Made by a program: the position numbers and the translations under genes. Of a DNA stretch of 64,000 bases, positions 27,119 to 37,314 are shown one piece after another; positions within the stretch are counted from its first letter, which is position 1, and the number at the start of each line of letters is the position of its first letter. The DNA lies in contig CAVRVY010000001.1 of NCBI GenBank assembly GCA_963724765.1, positions 736,001 through 800,000 of the forward strand, in the 5' to 3' direction. Source of the stretch: an uncultured delta proteobacterium (GTDB lineage Bacteria > Desulfobacterota > Binatia > Binatales > Binataceae). Under the pieces are notes generated by a model. It was not told where the DNA came from. It did no database searches and was given only the letters and a program-made list of their open reading frames with translations.

Positions 27119-28990
27119 ATGATGTTGCTACTGGTCTGCCTGGGATGCGTGGCGCTGATTGCCGGCATCAGCGGCTACCTGGTTATTGGACGTAACCGCT
27201 ACGGCGGCAAGCGTTCCGGACGTCCGCTGGAGCTCGGCGCCTCGCAAAGTGCACTTAGCCAGGGATCGATGCGGCCCGAGCCGTGCCGCACGATAAGGGT
27301 GTATTTCATCAAGCCGTCGCGCTATGACGAGAACGGCTACGTCCAGTTTTTCCGCTATGGCGTCCAACCAAATAACACGCTGACCGTGCTCGCGGCGCTC
27401 AACGATACCTTCAACAAACGCTATTCGGCCGAACGCAACGTCTACTTGCAGACCGTGCTGTGGGACGAGATTTGTGACGGCGCGGTCTCGCCCGAAACCA
27501 TCGTGGCAATCAAGGAAAAGGCGCGCGAGGACGGCGTCGAACTGCTCATCGGGCTCTCCGGAGTGCAGTCCAACCAGTACCCGCGCAGCCGCGACCTCGG
27601 GCTGCAGTTCATCGCGCAGGGCCTGCCCACGATGATGGGCGGCTTCCACGTCAGCGGCTATCCGGAGTCGGTCAAGTTCCTCAACGGCTGCGGCATCACC
27701 ACTATTGTGGGCGAGGCCGAGAACCTGTGGGGCGAGATTATCGAGGATTTTCTGCGCGGCGAGCTCCAGCTCAACTACTCGGTGCGCGAAGGCATCCGCG
27801 CCAAGACCGGCCAGGAAGACATTATCGTGCCGCTCATCACCGACGCGCAGTTGCCGGTGATCGACGACCGTTATCTGACGCGCTTCTTTAACGAGGCGAT
27901 GACCACGATCGACACCTCGCGCGGATGCCCCTTCACCTGCTCGTACTGCAGCGTGAAGAACGTGATGGGGCGCACGATGCGCTCGCGCGAGCCCGAGGCG
28001 GTGGTGCACTGGGTGCGCGACGCGATCCGTTTCCACGGGATCGAATCCTTATTCCTGGTTGACGACGATTTCTTCCGCAGCCCGCGATGGGAGGAAATCC
28101 TGACCGGGCTGGTCGAGGTCAAGAAGGAGTACCCGCGCCTCAGCTTCATGATGCAGGTCGACGTCGACGCTTCGTGCTATGCCGACGTCGCTCCGGGCGA
28201 GACCGAGGGCGCCAAGCATCGGCGCAGCAAACGCTTCGTCGAACTGGCGGCGCGCGCCGGATGCTACCAGGCCTTCGTCGGTATCGAGTCGCTCAATCCC
28301 GACAACCTCAACTTCGCCACCAAGTACCAGAACACCGACGACCGCCAGCATCGGATGAAGATCGAGGAGTCGCGCGCGCGCGTGCTCGAGAAGTACCGCC
28401 GCGTGGTCGACAACTGGCATCGCGCCGGTATCTCAGTGCACGCCGGATACATGCTGGGCTTTCCTTTCGACGGTCCCGACTGCGGACGGATCGCGGCCAA
28501 GACATTGCGCAAGCTCGGCTTCGACATCGTGTCGTTCTTCATCATGACACCGCTGCCCGGCACCGAAGACCAAGTCCGCTACGCCAAGGAAGGCGCGATC
28601 ATCGACTGGGACTTCAACAACCTTGATTCCCAGCACGTCACGCTCAAGCATGATCGGCTGGACACCGACTCCTGGATGCGCGCCTATCGCGAGGCTTTCA
28701 CCGGCTTTTATTCCTTCACCAGCCTGCTCAAGACCATCTTCACCGTGGCCGGCGGGCGCGGACTGGACGCCGAGGCGCGGCGCTCAACGCTGCGGCAGTT
28801 CATGTACTACTTTTTCAGCTACCGCCAAGGGCGTCATCCGATGGTCGGCGGGGTATGGCAGATTCTCCGGCGCGACGTGCGCCGCGCCGCGATAACCGAC
28901 GACGAGGCCTATCGACATTACCTGGGCGGAATGCGCTTCGACGCCATTCTGCGCGGCGACGGCGGCGGTTTCGCCGCGGCGCCGGCCTGA
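27119..28990 (+). CDS. B12-binding-type radical SAM protein with N-terminal hydrophobic segment
   Basis: 'SRGCPFTCSYC' CxxxCxxC; 'MGGFHVS', 'VGEAE', 'LVDDDF', 'GIESL', 'TPLPGTE'. Confidence 0.85.
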   Translation: MMLLLVCLGCVALIAGISGYLVIGRNRYGGKRSGRPLELGASQSALSQGSMRPEPCRTIRVYFIKPSRYDENGYVQFFRYGVQPNNTLTVLAALNDTFNKRYSAERNVYLQTVLWDEICDGAVSPETIVAIKEKAREDGVELLIGLSGVQSNQYPRSRDLGLQFIAQGLPTMMGGFHVSGYPESVKFLNGCGITTIVGEAENLWGEIIEDFLRGELQLNYSVREGIRAKTGQEDIIVPLITDAQLPVIDDRYLTRFFNEAMTTIDTSRGCPFTCSYCSVKNVMGRTMRSREPEAVVHWVRDAIRFHGIESLFLVDDDFFRSPRWEEILTGLVEVKKEYPRLSFMMQVDVDASCYADVAPGETEGAKHRRSKRFVELAARAGCYQAFVGIESLNPDNLNFATKYQNTDDRQHRMKIEESRARVLEKYRRVVDNWHRAGISVHAGYMLGFPFDGPDCGRIAAKTLRKLGFDIVSFFIMTPLPGTEDQVRYAKEGAIIDWDFNNLDSQHVTLKHDRLDTDSWMRAYREAFTGFYSFTSLLKTIFTVAGGRGLDAEARRSTLRQFMYYFFSYRQGRHPMVGGVWQILRRDVRRAAITDDEAYRHYLGGMRFDAILRGDGGGFAAAPA

Positions 28991-29156
28991 GCATCGGATA
29001 GCTAACGCTCGTGCGCCCTCTTCGATGAGGAGCGCGCCGGTTTCGATTCCGCGCCTGCTGGCATACGCGCAACGCGTATATCGCCTGTAGGCGCTTTTGC
29101 CTCCCGGGACACCCATATAGCGGCAAGGCGATGCGCGTACTAGGATAGCAGCGCCG

Positions 29157-30032
29157 ATGGAGACCGAATTACAGGCCCAGCTCCAGAGTTTCCTGGTCCC
29201 GGGGCCTCAGCGCTTCGCCGCCGAGATCGTGCTCGGCGCGCTGGTGCTCATCGTGCTGAGCATCTACGTACGCGGTCCGATCGGGACGCTTTGCCGAATC
29301 GCGGTATTTGTCGGCGCGATGGCGATTATCATCGGGGGCTCGGCTATCCTGATGAACAACGTCTCACTGGCCGGACCGCCCAATGCAGCCGTGCGATTGC
29401 ATCGCTACCTGACCGTGAACTGGGCGGCCACCAGTGACAAGGGCGACGGTGCCGCGGCCTGCGCCGACCCGGCCGAACTCGCGGCGCGCCAGCCGGCGGG
29501 CGCCGAGCATCGCGAACGCCGTCATCTGCGGCGCACGTCCGCGGCCACGGACGCCAAGTCTGCCGCGGCGCCTGCTGCCAACCCCTCCGCCGGCGTGAGC
29601 GGCGCGGGTGACGGCGAGGCTCAGCCGGGCTTTCCCGAATTGGTGCGGAACTCGTATCCTGGAATTCCGCCCGCACGGCTGATGCAGGTCGTGGCCTCCA
29701 CCGTGAGCGGCCTTCCGGGATGGCAAATCGTGAAATCGGATCCAAAAACGCTCACGATCAATGCGGTGTATCACACCCGTCTGCTCGGCTTCACTGACGA
29801 CGTGCGGATTATCGTGACCCCGCGCAGCGAGGTCGACCTGTGCTCGCGCTCGCGCGTCGGCGAGCCTGGTTCGCAATCGCCGTTTGGCATGATGCACGGT
29901 GACTTCGGCGCCAATATCGGGCATATCAAGGAATTCTATCTCGCACTCGCGCCGGCCGCCGACGAGGCGTATCGTCAAGTGGAAATCGAGGAGACTGCCC
30001 AGCAGCACGGCGTCAAGGTGGTCAAGCCTTAG
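29157..30032 (+). CDS. DUF1499-domain membrane protein
   Basis: Two N-terminal TMs; 'TRLLGFTDDVRI...RSRVG...GDFGANIGHI'. Confidence 0.75.
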   Translation: METELQAQLQSFLVPGPQRFAAEIVLGALVLIVLSIYVRGPIGTLCRIAVFVGAMAIIIGGSAILMNNVSLAGPPNAAVRLHRYLTVNWAATSDKGDGAAACADPAELAARQPAGAEHRERRHLRRTSAATDAKSAAAPAANPSAGVSGAGDGEAQPGFPELVRNSYPGIPPARLMQVVASTVSGLPGWQIVKSDPKTLTINAVYHTRLLGFTDDVRIIVTPRSEVDLCSRSRVGEPGSQSPFGMMHGDFGANIGHIKEFYLALAPAADEAYRQVEIEETAQQHGVKVVKP

Positions 30033-30093
30033 CAGGATGTTGATAAACACAAAAATCGCTCCGCGCCGATCCTTCACTTCGGCACGCTGCTAA
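30029..30093. mobile_element. MITE-like repeat, copy 1 (65 bp)
   Basis: TTAGCAG...CTGCTAA inverted ends; CAGGATGTTGATAAA matches the IS5 end CAGGCCGTTGATAAA 13/15; second copy at 50161. Confidence 0.6.
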
Positions 30094-30227
30094 ACGCTCG
30101 CTTTGAGAGCGCGGGACTTGACGCGAGACCCCGCCCGCCGGAACATCATAATTAAGAATATTCAGAAATTTTTTCGTCCAGGAATTTTCGGTACCGAACT
30201 TCATTTTCGGGAAGCGATAGAACTCAT

Positions 30228-30500
30228 ATGCTGCGCGAAGCGCAAATCGACGCACTGGCGACCCATCTTGTGAACGGGCTCGTCACGCGCGGCATCATCA
30301 AGCCGCGCGCCGACGTCAAGGATCTCGTCGCCTGCGTGGTCGAACTGATGTCGGAGAACTTCGAGACCGAAGCCCGTATCGACGACGAGGCGGACAAGAT
30401 GGCTGAGGAGCAGGCGCGGCTGGATCCCAGGCTCGACGTGACCCGGCTGCGCTCGATGATCCGCCAGCGCCTCGCACAGAAGCGGAATTTTACCCTCTAG
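30228..30500 (+). CDS. DUF507-family protein
   Basis: 90 aa; 'MLREAQIDALA...EARIDDEA...MIRQRLAQKRNFTL'. Confidence 0.75.
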   Translation: MLREAQIDALATHLVNGLVTRGIIKPRADVKDLVACVVELMSENFETEARIDDEADKMAEEQARLDPRLDVTRLRSMIRQRLAQKRNFTL

Positions 30501-30545
30501 CCGGCGAGCGGTGGCGCTGCTCGAGTCAAACCGGATGGCGATGTG

Positions 30546-30821
30546 ATGAAACTCAGCGAGGAACGAATCCTTTACCTGGCGCGCGAGTCTGTCGCGCGGC
30601 TGCGTGACGAAGGACTGGCCGAGATGCCCAACTTCGCCCTGGCGCTGCGCCAGGCCCGCGACCTCATCGCCGGATGGGAAGAGCAGGGCGATGCGGTCGA
30701 CGAGACCGTGAGGCGTAAAATCATCTCGCTCAGACGCGGCGTGGTCGAAGGCAGCAACGAGTGGAACATTCTGTTCCGCCGCTACCGCGACGAGGAATTG
30801 CGCAAGAAGGGTCCGCGCTGA
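30546..30821 (+). CDS. DUF507-family protein
   Basis: 'MKLSEERILYLA...VRRKIISLRRGVVEGSNEWNILFRRYRDEEL'. Confidence 0.8.
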   Translation: MKLSEERILYLARESVARLRDEGLAEMPNFALALRQARDLIAGWEEQGDAVDETVRRKIISLRRGVVEGSNEWNILFRRYRDEELRKKGPR

Positions 30822-30849
30822 GCGCGGCTGCGCAGCATAATCGGTCCTC

Positions 30850-31176
30850 ATGGATTCCAGGGAATTTGTCGCCCGCTCGGAGACCTGCCTTTCCCGCGTG
30901 GCCAAGTGGCTCGAAGATTTCGACCCCGATGAGGTCGACTACAGCGTCGGCGACGGCGCGCTGACGATCGAATTTCCCGACGGCGGCCGCTTCGTGTTGA
31001 GCCGCCAGAGCGCGACCTCGCAGATGTGGCTGGCAGCCGGCGCCCATGGATGGCATTTCAACTATGACGCGGCCGCCGATCGCTGGATCGACGACAAGGA
31101 CGGCCACAATCTGTACGCGCGGCTCGCCGAATCGCTGTCCGAAAAGCTGGAGCGCCCGGTCGAGTTCGAAGGCTGA
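30850..31176 (+). CDS. cyaY: Frataxin-like iron donor CyaY
   Basis: 'DGALTIEFPDGGRFVLSRQ...QMWLAAGAHGWHFNYD...W'. Confidence 0.85.
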   Translation: MDSREFVARSETCLSRVAKWLEDFDPDEVDYSVGDGALTIEFPDGGRFVLSRQSATSQMWLAAGAHGWHFNYDAAADRWIDDKDGHNLYARLAESLSEKLERPVEFEG

Positions 31177-31235
31177 ACCGTTGCGGCCCGCGAAAGCCTA
31201 TCGAGCCGTTTAATTGATTTAATTCACTTTTAACG

Positions 31236-31277
31236 GTCTTACGCTTTCTAAATAACAGTCCTGCGCTTTCTAGATAA
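31236..31277. repeat. 20-bp direct repeat x2, 22-bp period, upstream of the groES promoter
   Basis: GTCTTACGCTTTCTAAATAA and GTCCTGCGCTTTCTAGATAA, 17/20 identical. Confidence 0.7.
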
Positions 31278-31320
31278 GACCTGACCGTCGAGTCACTCAA
31301 GGCTTCGACGTGCTCCGGCT

Positions 31321-31349
31321 TTGCGTTTCAGTGGCGGTAGAGCTACATT
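31321..31349 (+). promoter_or_regulatory. Putative sigma70-type promoter of groESL
   Basis: TTGCGT-17 bp-TACATT immediately upstream of the CIRCE. Confidence 0.5.
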
Positions 31350-31355
31350 TAGCGA

Positions 31356-31382
31356 TTGGCACTCGGGCTTCGCGAGTGCCAA
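31356..31382 (+). promoter_or_regulatory. CIRCE element (HrcA operator)
   Basis: TTGGCACTC-N9-GAGTGCCAA perfect inverted repeat upstream of groES; consensus is TTAGCACTC-N9-GAGTGCTAA. Confidence 0.9.
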
Positions 31383-31477
31383 TTGACAATTGATCACCTG
31401 TGATTAATTTACTGAGCGCGGAAATTGGTTCCGCCTAAATCCACATTAACATCGAGGCAAGGAGGCTGCTGGTCCCC

Positions 31478-31765
31478 ATGAAAATCAGACCGTTGGGCGA
31501 TCGCATTCTGGTCAAGCGCATCAAGGAAGAGGAAAAAACCAAAGGCGGGATCATTATCCCGGACACCGCCAAGGAAAAACCGCAAGAGGGCAAGGTCGTT
31601 GCGGTGGGCAAAGGCAAGATGACCGAGCAAGGCAAGCTGTTGACGCCAGACGTGAAGGCCGGCGACAAGATCCTGTTCGGCAAATATTCCGGCAGCGAGG
31701 TGAAGATCGAAGGCGAGGAACACCTCATCCTGCGCGAAGATGACATCCTGGGTGTGCTCGAATAG
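31478..31765 (+). CDS. groES: Co-chaperonin GroES
   Basis: '[14 protein letters not shown]...[18 protein letters not shown]'. Confidence 0.98.
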   Translation: MKIRPLGDRILVKRIKEEEKTKGGIIIPDTAKEKPQEGKVVAVGKGKMTEQGKLLTPDVKAGDKILFGKYSGSEVKIEGEEHLILREDDILGVLE

Positions 31766-31815
31766 ATCTGGCGCGCCGCGCATAACGTTCGGGCACTTAA
31801 GCGAGTATCGGCTAA

Positions 31816-33489
<1,674 letters not shown>

Positions 33490-33562
33490 CCAGGCTGTAA
33501 GCAAGTAGTAAGAACGATGAAGCTCCGCGCGCGAGTGATCGCGCGCGCAAGTGCGAACACAG

Positions 33563-33602
33563 GCGGGCGGCGGTCCCTTAAGGGACCGCCGCCCGCGCTT
33601 TT
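33563..33602 (+). terminator. Intrinsic terminator between convergent groEL and addA
   Basis: 34-bp perfect palindrome GCGGGCGGCGGTCCCTTAAGGGACCGCCGCCCGC followed by GCTTTT. Confidence 0.75.
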
Positions 33603-33647
33603 CCCCGCCGCGGCGCGAAAAACGACGCGCTGGCCAAACTGCGAGCG

Positions 33648-36600
33648 CTACGTGGCGCGAGACTGGCGCGCCGCGCGCCAGCATCGCGCCACGTAGCCGC
33701 AGCCGAGCGCGCGGCACTCGCGCGCGTCGGCCGGCCGCTTGGCATAGCCGGCGGCGCCGCGCTGGGCGCGGGCCGCGGCTATTGCGCGTCCGAGCGCCAG
33801 CAGATGCGCGCGGATCGCGTCGAGCGGCGCCAGCTCAAGCTGGCGCCGCTCGACGCGATCACGCAGGTAGACGATCTCGGCGCTCACCTCGCGGCCGGGC
33901 AGAGCCTCCGCCGCGGCCAGCGCGTAGCATTCCATCTGCATCCGGTAATCCCCGGCTCCGGCGCGCGCATACTTGTAGTCGCTCACCGTCAGCCGCCTGC
34001 CGTCGTCGATTAGAAGATCGATCCGGCCGCGGATGAAGAGCGTGAGGCTGTCGCCTTCGATACTCATGAAGAAGGGCGTTTCGCGATGCATGACGGGCGA
34101 CGCGCCGGCGTTCGCGGCTGCCGCGTTTTCGCGGCTGTGCGCATAGCGCAGCAGATCGCGCACGAGCGCGCTGCGCGCGGCCGTATCGAGATTCACGCCT
34201 ACACCATGGACGCTGACCAGCCGCGTGATTTCCGCTTCGAGCGCGGGTGCGGTCGCGGCGGTAAAACTCAGTTGTTCGAGCACTGCGTGCGCAACCGTGC
34301 CCATCGCGGTCGCGCCGCCTCCACCGCCGGCGGTGGTAAAGCCGCTATTGCCCAAGCCGTCGCCGCCTTCGGGCAGTTCGATCTCGTGACGCAGAAAGTA
34401 CTGGCGCGGACATCGTTCGAAGTCTTCCAGCGCGCTTGGACTCGTCACCAGTTCGCGCACCGGCGGCGCGCTGAAGCCAAGCCGCGCGCGAGCAGCTTGC
34501 GCCAACTCCGCGAGCGGCGGCGATACGTTGCGCGCGAGCGGCGCCACAGCCTCCCGCGCGAGCGTGTCCGCGCGCTGCAGCGCAATTTCGACGCCGTCGG
34601 CGTTAACGATCGTTTCGGCATCCGCGGCGCCGAGGAACGCGTGGATTTTCTCAAGCCCGATCGCGGCGCGTAGATGCCTGGTCCAATCGCCGCTGTAGGC
34701 GCCCTCGCTAAGGATCAGCCGGTCGCGCGCCCGCGTCGTCGCGACGTACAGCACGCGCGCCGCCTCGGCCTGTTCCTGGTCCTTGACCCCCGCGCGATAC
34801 GCCGCGACCAGCGGATTGGGCAGCCGGTCGTCGCCCGCGCCGACGGTGTCGCAGACGAGCAGCCCGTCCACAGGCGTCATCACGATATGTTCGTTGTTGG
34901 GGGGTGGCCGGCGCCCCAGGTCGGCGACGATTACCACCGGGAACTCCAATCCCTTGGCCTGATGGATCGTCATAAGGCGCACGACGTTGTCGGCCTCGCC
35001 CGCGATCTGCGCCAGCGGCTCGCGCGGCGCTGCTTGCACCAGGCGACGCAGATGGCGCACGAAGTCGCCGAGGCCGAAAAAGCGATGCGCTTCGAACTCG
35101 CGCGCGATTTCTGCCAGCTTGCGCACGTTCGCGGCGCGCTGGAGTCCGCGGTCGAGGCCGAGCAGGACCGCTTCGAAGCGCGTCAGTTCAAGCGCGTGCT
35201 CGACGATGGCGGTGAGCGAGGCGCGCTCGCGCATCTTGCGAAGCGCGATCAGTACCTCTTTGGCGCCGAGCGCCGCTTCGCGCTCGACGCCGAGCCACGC
35301 GAAGTCTTCGCCGCGGTCGTCGAACAATGCCCACAGCCTGGGAGCTCGTCCTGGTTCGGCCCGTTGTTCGTTCAGATGCAGGGCCATTTCGAGCAGGCAT
35401 TGATCGGAAAGGCCGAATAGCGGCGAGCGCAGCGCCGCGGCGAGTTCGATTGAATTTTGCGGGTCGTCGATCGCGGCCAGCAGCGCGGCCAGGTCGTTTA
35501 CTTCCTTGCAGTCGTAAAAGCCGCGCCCCTTGAGGGTGTAGCTGGGCACGCCCGCCCGCACGAAAGCGTCTTCGTAGATCGCGACGTCGCTGAACGAGCG
35601 CAACAGCAGCGCGATATCGCCGAATTCCATCGGGCGTGCCGCGCCCGTGCGCGCGTCGGTCACCTTAATTCGCCGACCGACCATCCGCGCGCAGCGCCGC
35701 GCGATCGCGTCCGCCTCGATCCGGCGAAGTGCGCGCGTGTTCAGCTTTGCGCCATCGCCATCGTGCGCCTTGGGACTCACGATCAGTTCGACGGCGGGTG
35801 CGTCGCCCGAGAGCCGGATCGCTCTCAGCCGATGATCCTCGCTCCACTTCACCTTGTACGGCTTGTCGTCTGACGCGTCGCCGGGCTTCATCGAGTGCGC
35901 GCTCACCGCGTTGACGAAATCGACGATCGCCGGAAGCGAGCGGCGATTCTCCCGCAACGGCCGCGGCAGGATGGCGAGCGGCTCGCGCGGCCGATTGAAG
36001 ACCGTGACGTCGGCGCCGCGGAAGCGATAGATCGATTGCTTTTCGTCGCCCACCACGAAAAGCTCCGGCGCTGGCGCGCCGTGTTCGGTGAGCAGGCGCA
36101 CGACGCCGTCCTGGATCGGGTCGGTGTCCTGGTATTCGTCGACCAGCAAAGCGCCGAGCGTACGCCGGTAGCGCATCCCGACCTCCGGATGGTCTCGAAG
36201 GAGGCTCCTTGTCAGGATCAGCAGATCGTCGAAGGTGACTATCCGTTCGTCGCGTTTGCGCCGTTCGAGTTCGGCGGCGATATCCGCGACCAGCGCCGCG
36301 ATCTCGCGCGTCGCCTCGGCCGCGCGATAAGCGCCGTAAGCGTCGAGCAGAGGATTGATAATTCCTGATTGGTCGTCGTTGCCGCGAATTTTCCAGACGG
36401 CTTCCTTGACCCTGCTGTTTTGCGCAGCGGGCAAATTTGCGAGAAGCTCATCGAATACCGTTCGTGCGGAGGGATCCGACTCGGCATTGAACGCTTCGAT
36501 CGCGGGCCGCAGGCGCGGCCATTCGCCGCGCAGGTCTTCGAGTTTCTGCCCGGCGGTGCCTCCGACGTCACGCATCGCGAGTAATTTTCCGACCCACGCC

Positions 36601-37277
36601 ACGAGTTGCGCGCGAAGCCCGGGAATCGCGGCGCCGCATTCACGCAACTTCGCAGCCGTCACCTGGGCAGTTTCGCGAATCCACTCATGCGACCGGCCCA
36701 GACGGGCGGTCTCGCCGATAACCTGCAGCACGACGCCGATCGCGCCATTCTGATGCGTGAATCCGTAAAGGCCGCGCGCGCCCACCAGGCGCATCGCGCC
36801 GGGATGCTGGCTGCGCACGGCGTCGGCGATCAACTCGCGACCGGCGCCCTCCAGAAAGGTCATGCTCTGGTATTCGTCGAGTACCTCGAAGCCGGGATCG
36901 ACGCCGGCCTCGATCGGATACTCGCGCAACATCCGCGCGCAAAACGCGTGGATGGTCGAGATGCGCGCGAGGCCGAGCGTGCGCCGCGCGCGGACCAGCG
37001 CCGTCCGGCGCGCAGCGTCGCCTTCGCGCACGATCCGGTCGTCGAGGACCTCTGCAATCCTTCGGCGCATGTCGGCGGTGGCCTTTTCGGTGAACGTGAT
37101 CGCGGCGATCCGCTCGGGCGCAAGCGGCTCGCGTCCCGCGAGGTCGCCGGCGAGCAACGCGACGAAGCGCTGCGCGAGGACCTCGGTCTTGCCCGAGCCG
37201 GCGCCTGCGCGCACCAGCACATTGCCCGCCGCGTAAACCGCGTCGCGCTGCTCGGTAGTGAGTTCGACCCGCGCCAT
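33648..37277 (-). CDS. addA: AddA-like UvrD helicase-nuclease
   Basis: AGAGSGKT, LVDEYQD, VGDEKQSIYRFRGAD, TIHQAKGLEF, YVATTRA; nuclease 'GRIDLL...DYK...Q...YA'. Confidence 0.85.
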   Translation of the reverse strand: MARVELTTEQRDAVYAAGNVLVRAGAGSGKTEVLAQRFVALLAGDLAGREPLAPERIAAITFTEKATADMRRRIAEVLDDRIVREGDAARRTALVRARRTLGLARISTIHAFCARMLREYPIEAGVDPGFEVLDEYQSMTFLEGAGRELIADAVRSQHPGAMRLVGARGLYGFTHQNGAIGVVLQVIGETARLGRSHEWIRETAQVTAAKLRECGAAIPGLRAQLVAWVGKLLAMRDVGGTAGQKLEDLRGEWPRLRPAIEAFNAESDPSARTVFDELLANLPAAQNSRVKEAVWKIRGNDDQSGIINPLLDAYGAYRAAEATREIAALVADIAAELERRKRDERIVTFDDLLILTRSLLRDHPEVGMRYRRTLGALLVDEYQDTDPIQDGVVRLLTEHGAPAPELFVVGDEKQSIYRFRGADVTVFNRPREPLAILPRPLRENRRSLPAIVDFVNAVSAHSMKPGDASDDKPYKVKWSEDHRLRAIRLSGDAPAVELIVSPKAHDGDGAKLNTRALRRIEADAIARRCARMVGRRIKVTDARTGAARPMEFGDIALLLRSFSDVAIYEDAFVRAGVPSYTLKGRGFYDCKEVNDLAALLAAIDDPQNSIELAAALRSPLFGLSDQCLLEMALHLNEQRAEPGRAPRLWALFDDRGEDFAWLGVEREAALGAKEVLIALRKMRERASLTAIVEHALELTRFEAVLLGLDRGLQRAANVRKLAEIAREFEAHRFFGLGDFVRHLRRLVQAAPREPLAQIAGEADNVVRLMTIHQAKGLEFPVVIVADLGRRPPPNNEHIVMTPVDGLLVCDTVGAGDDRLPNPLVAAYRAGVKDQEQAEAARVLYVATTRARDRLILSEGAYSGDWTRHLRAAIGLEKIHAFLGAADAETIVNADGVEIALQRADTLAREAVAPLARNVSPPLAELAQAARARLGFSAPPVRELVTSPSALEDFERCPRQYFLRHEIELPEGGDGLGNSGFTTAGGGGGATAMGTVAHAVLEQLSFTAATAPALEAEITRLVSVHGVGVNLDTAARSALVRDLLRYAHSRENAAAANAGASPVMHRETPFFMSIEGDSLTLFIRGRIDLLIDDGRRLTVSDYKYARAGAGDYRMQMECYALAAAEALPGREVSAEIVYLRDRVERRQLELAPLDAIRAHLLALGRAIAAARAQRGAAGYAKRPADARECRALGCGYVARCWRAARQSRAT

Positions 37278-37314
37278 CCGATCTTACTCGTCTTACTCGG
37301 GCATTCCTGCGGCG

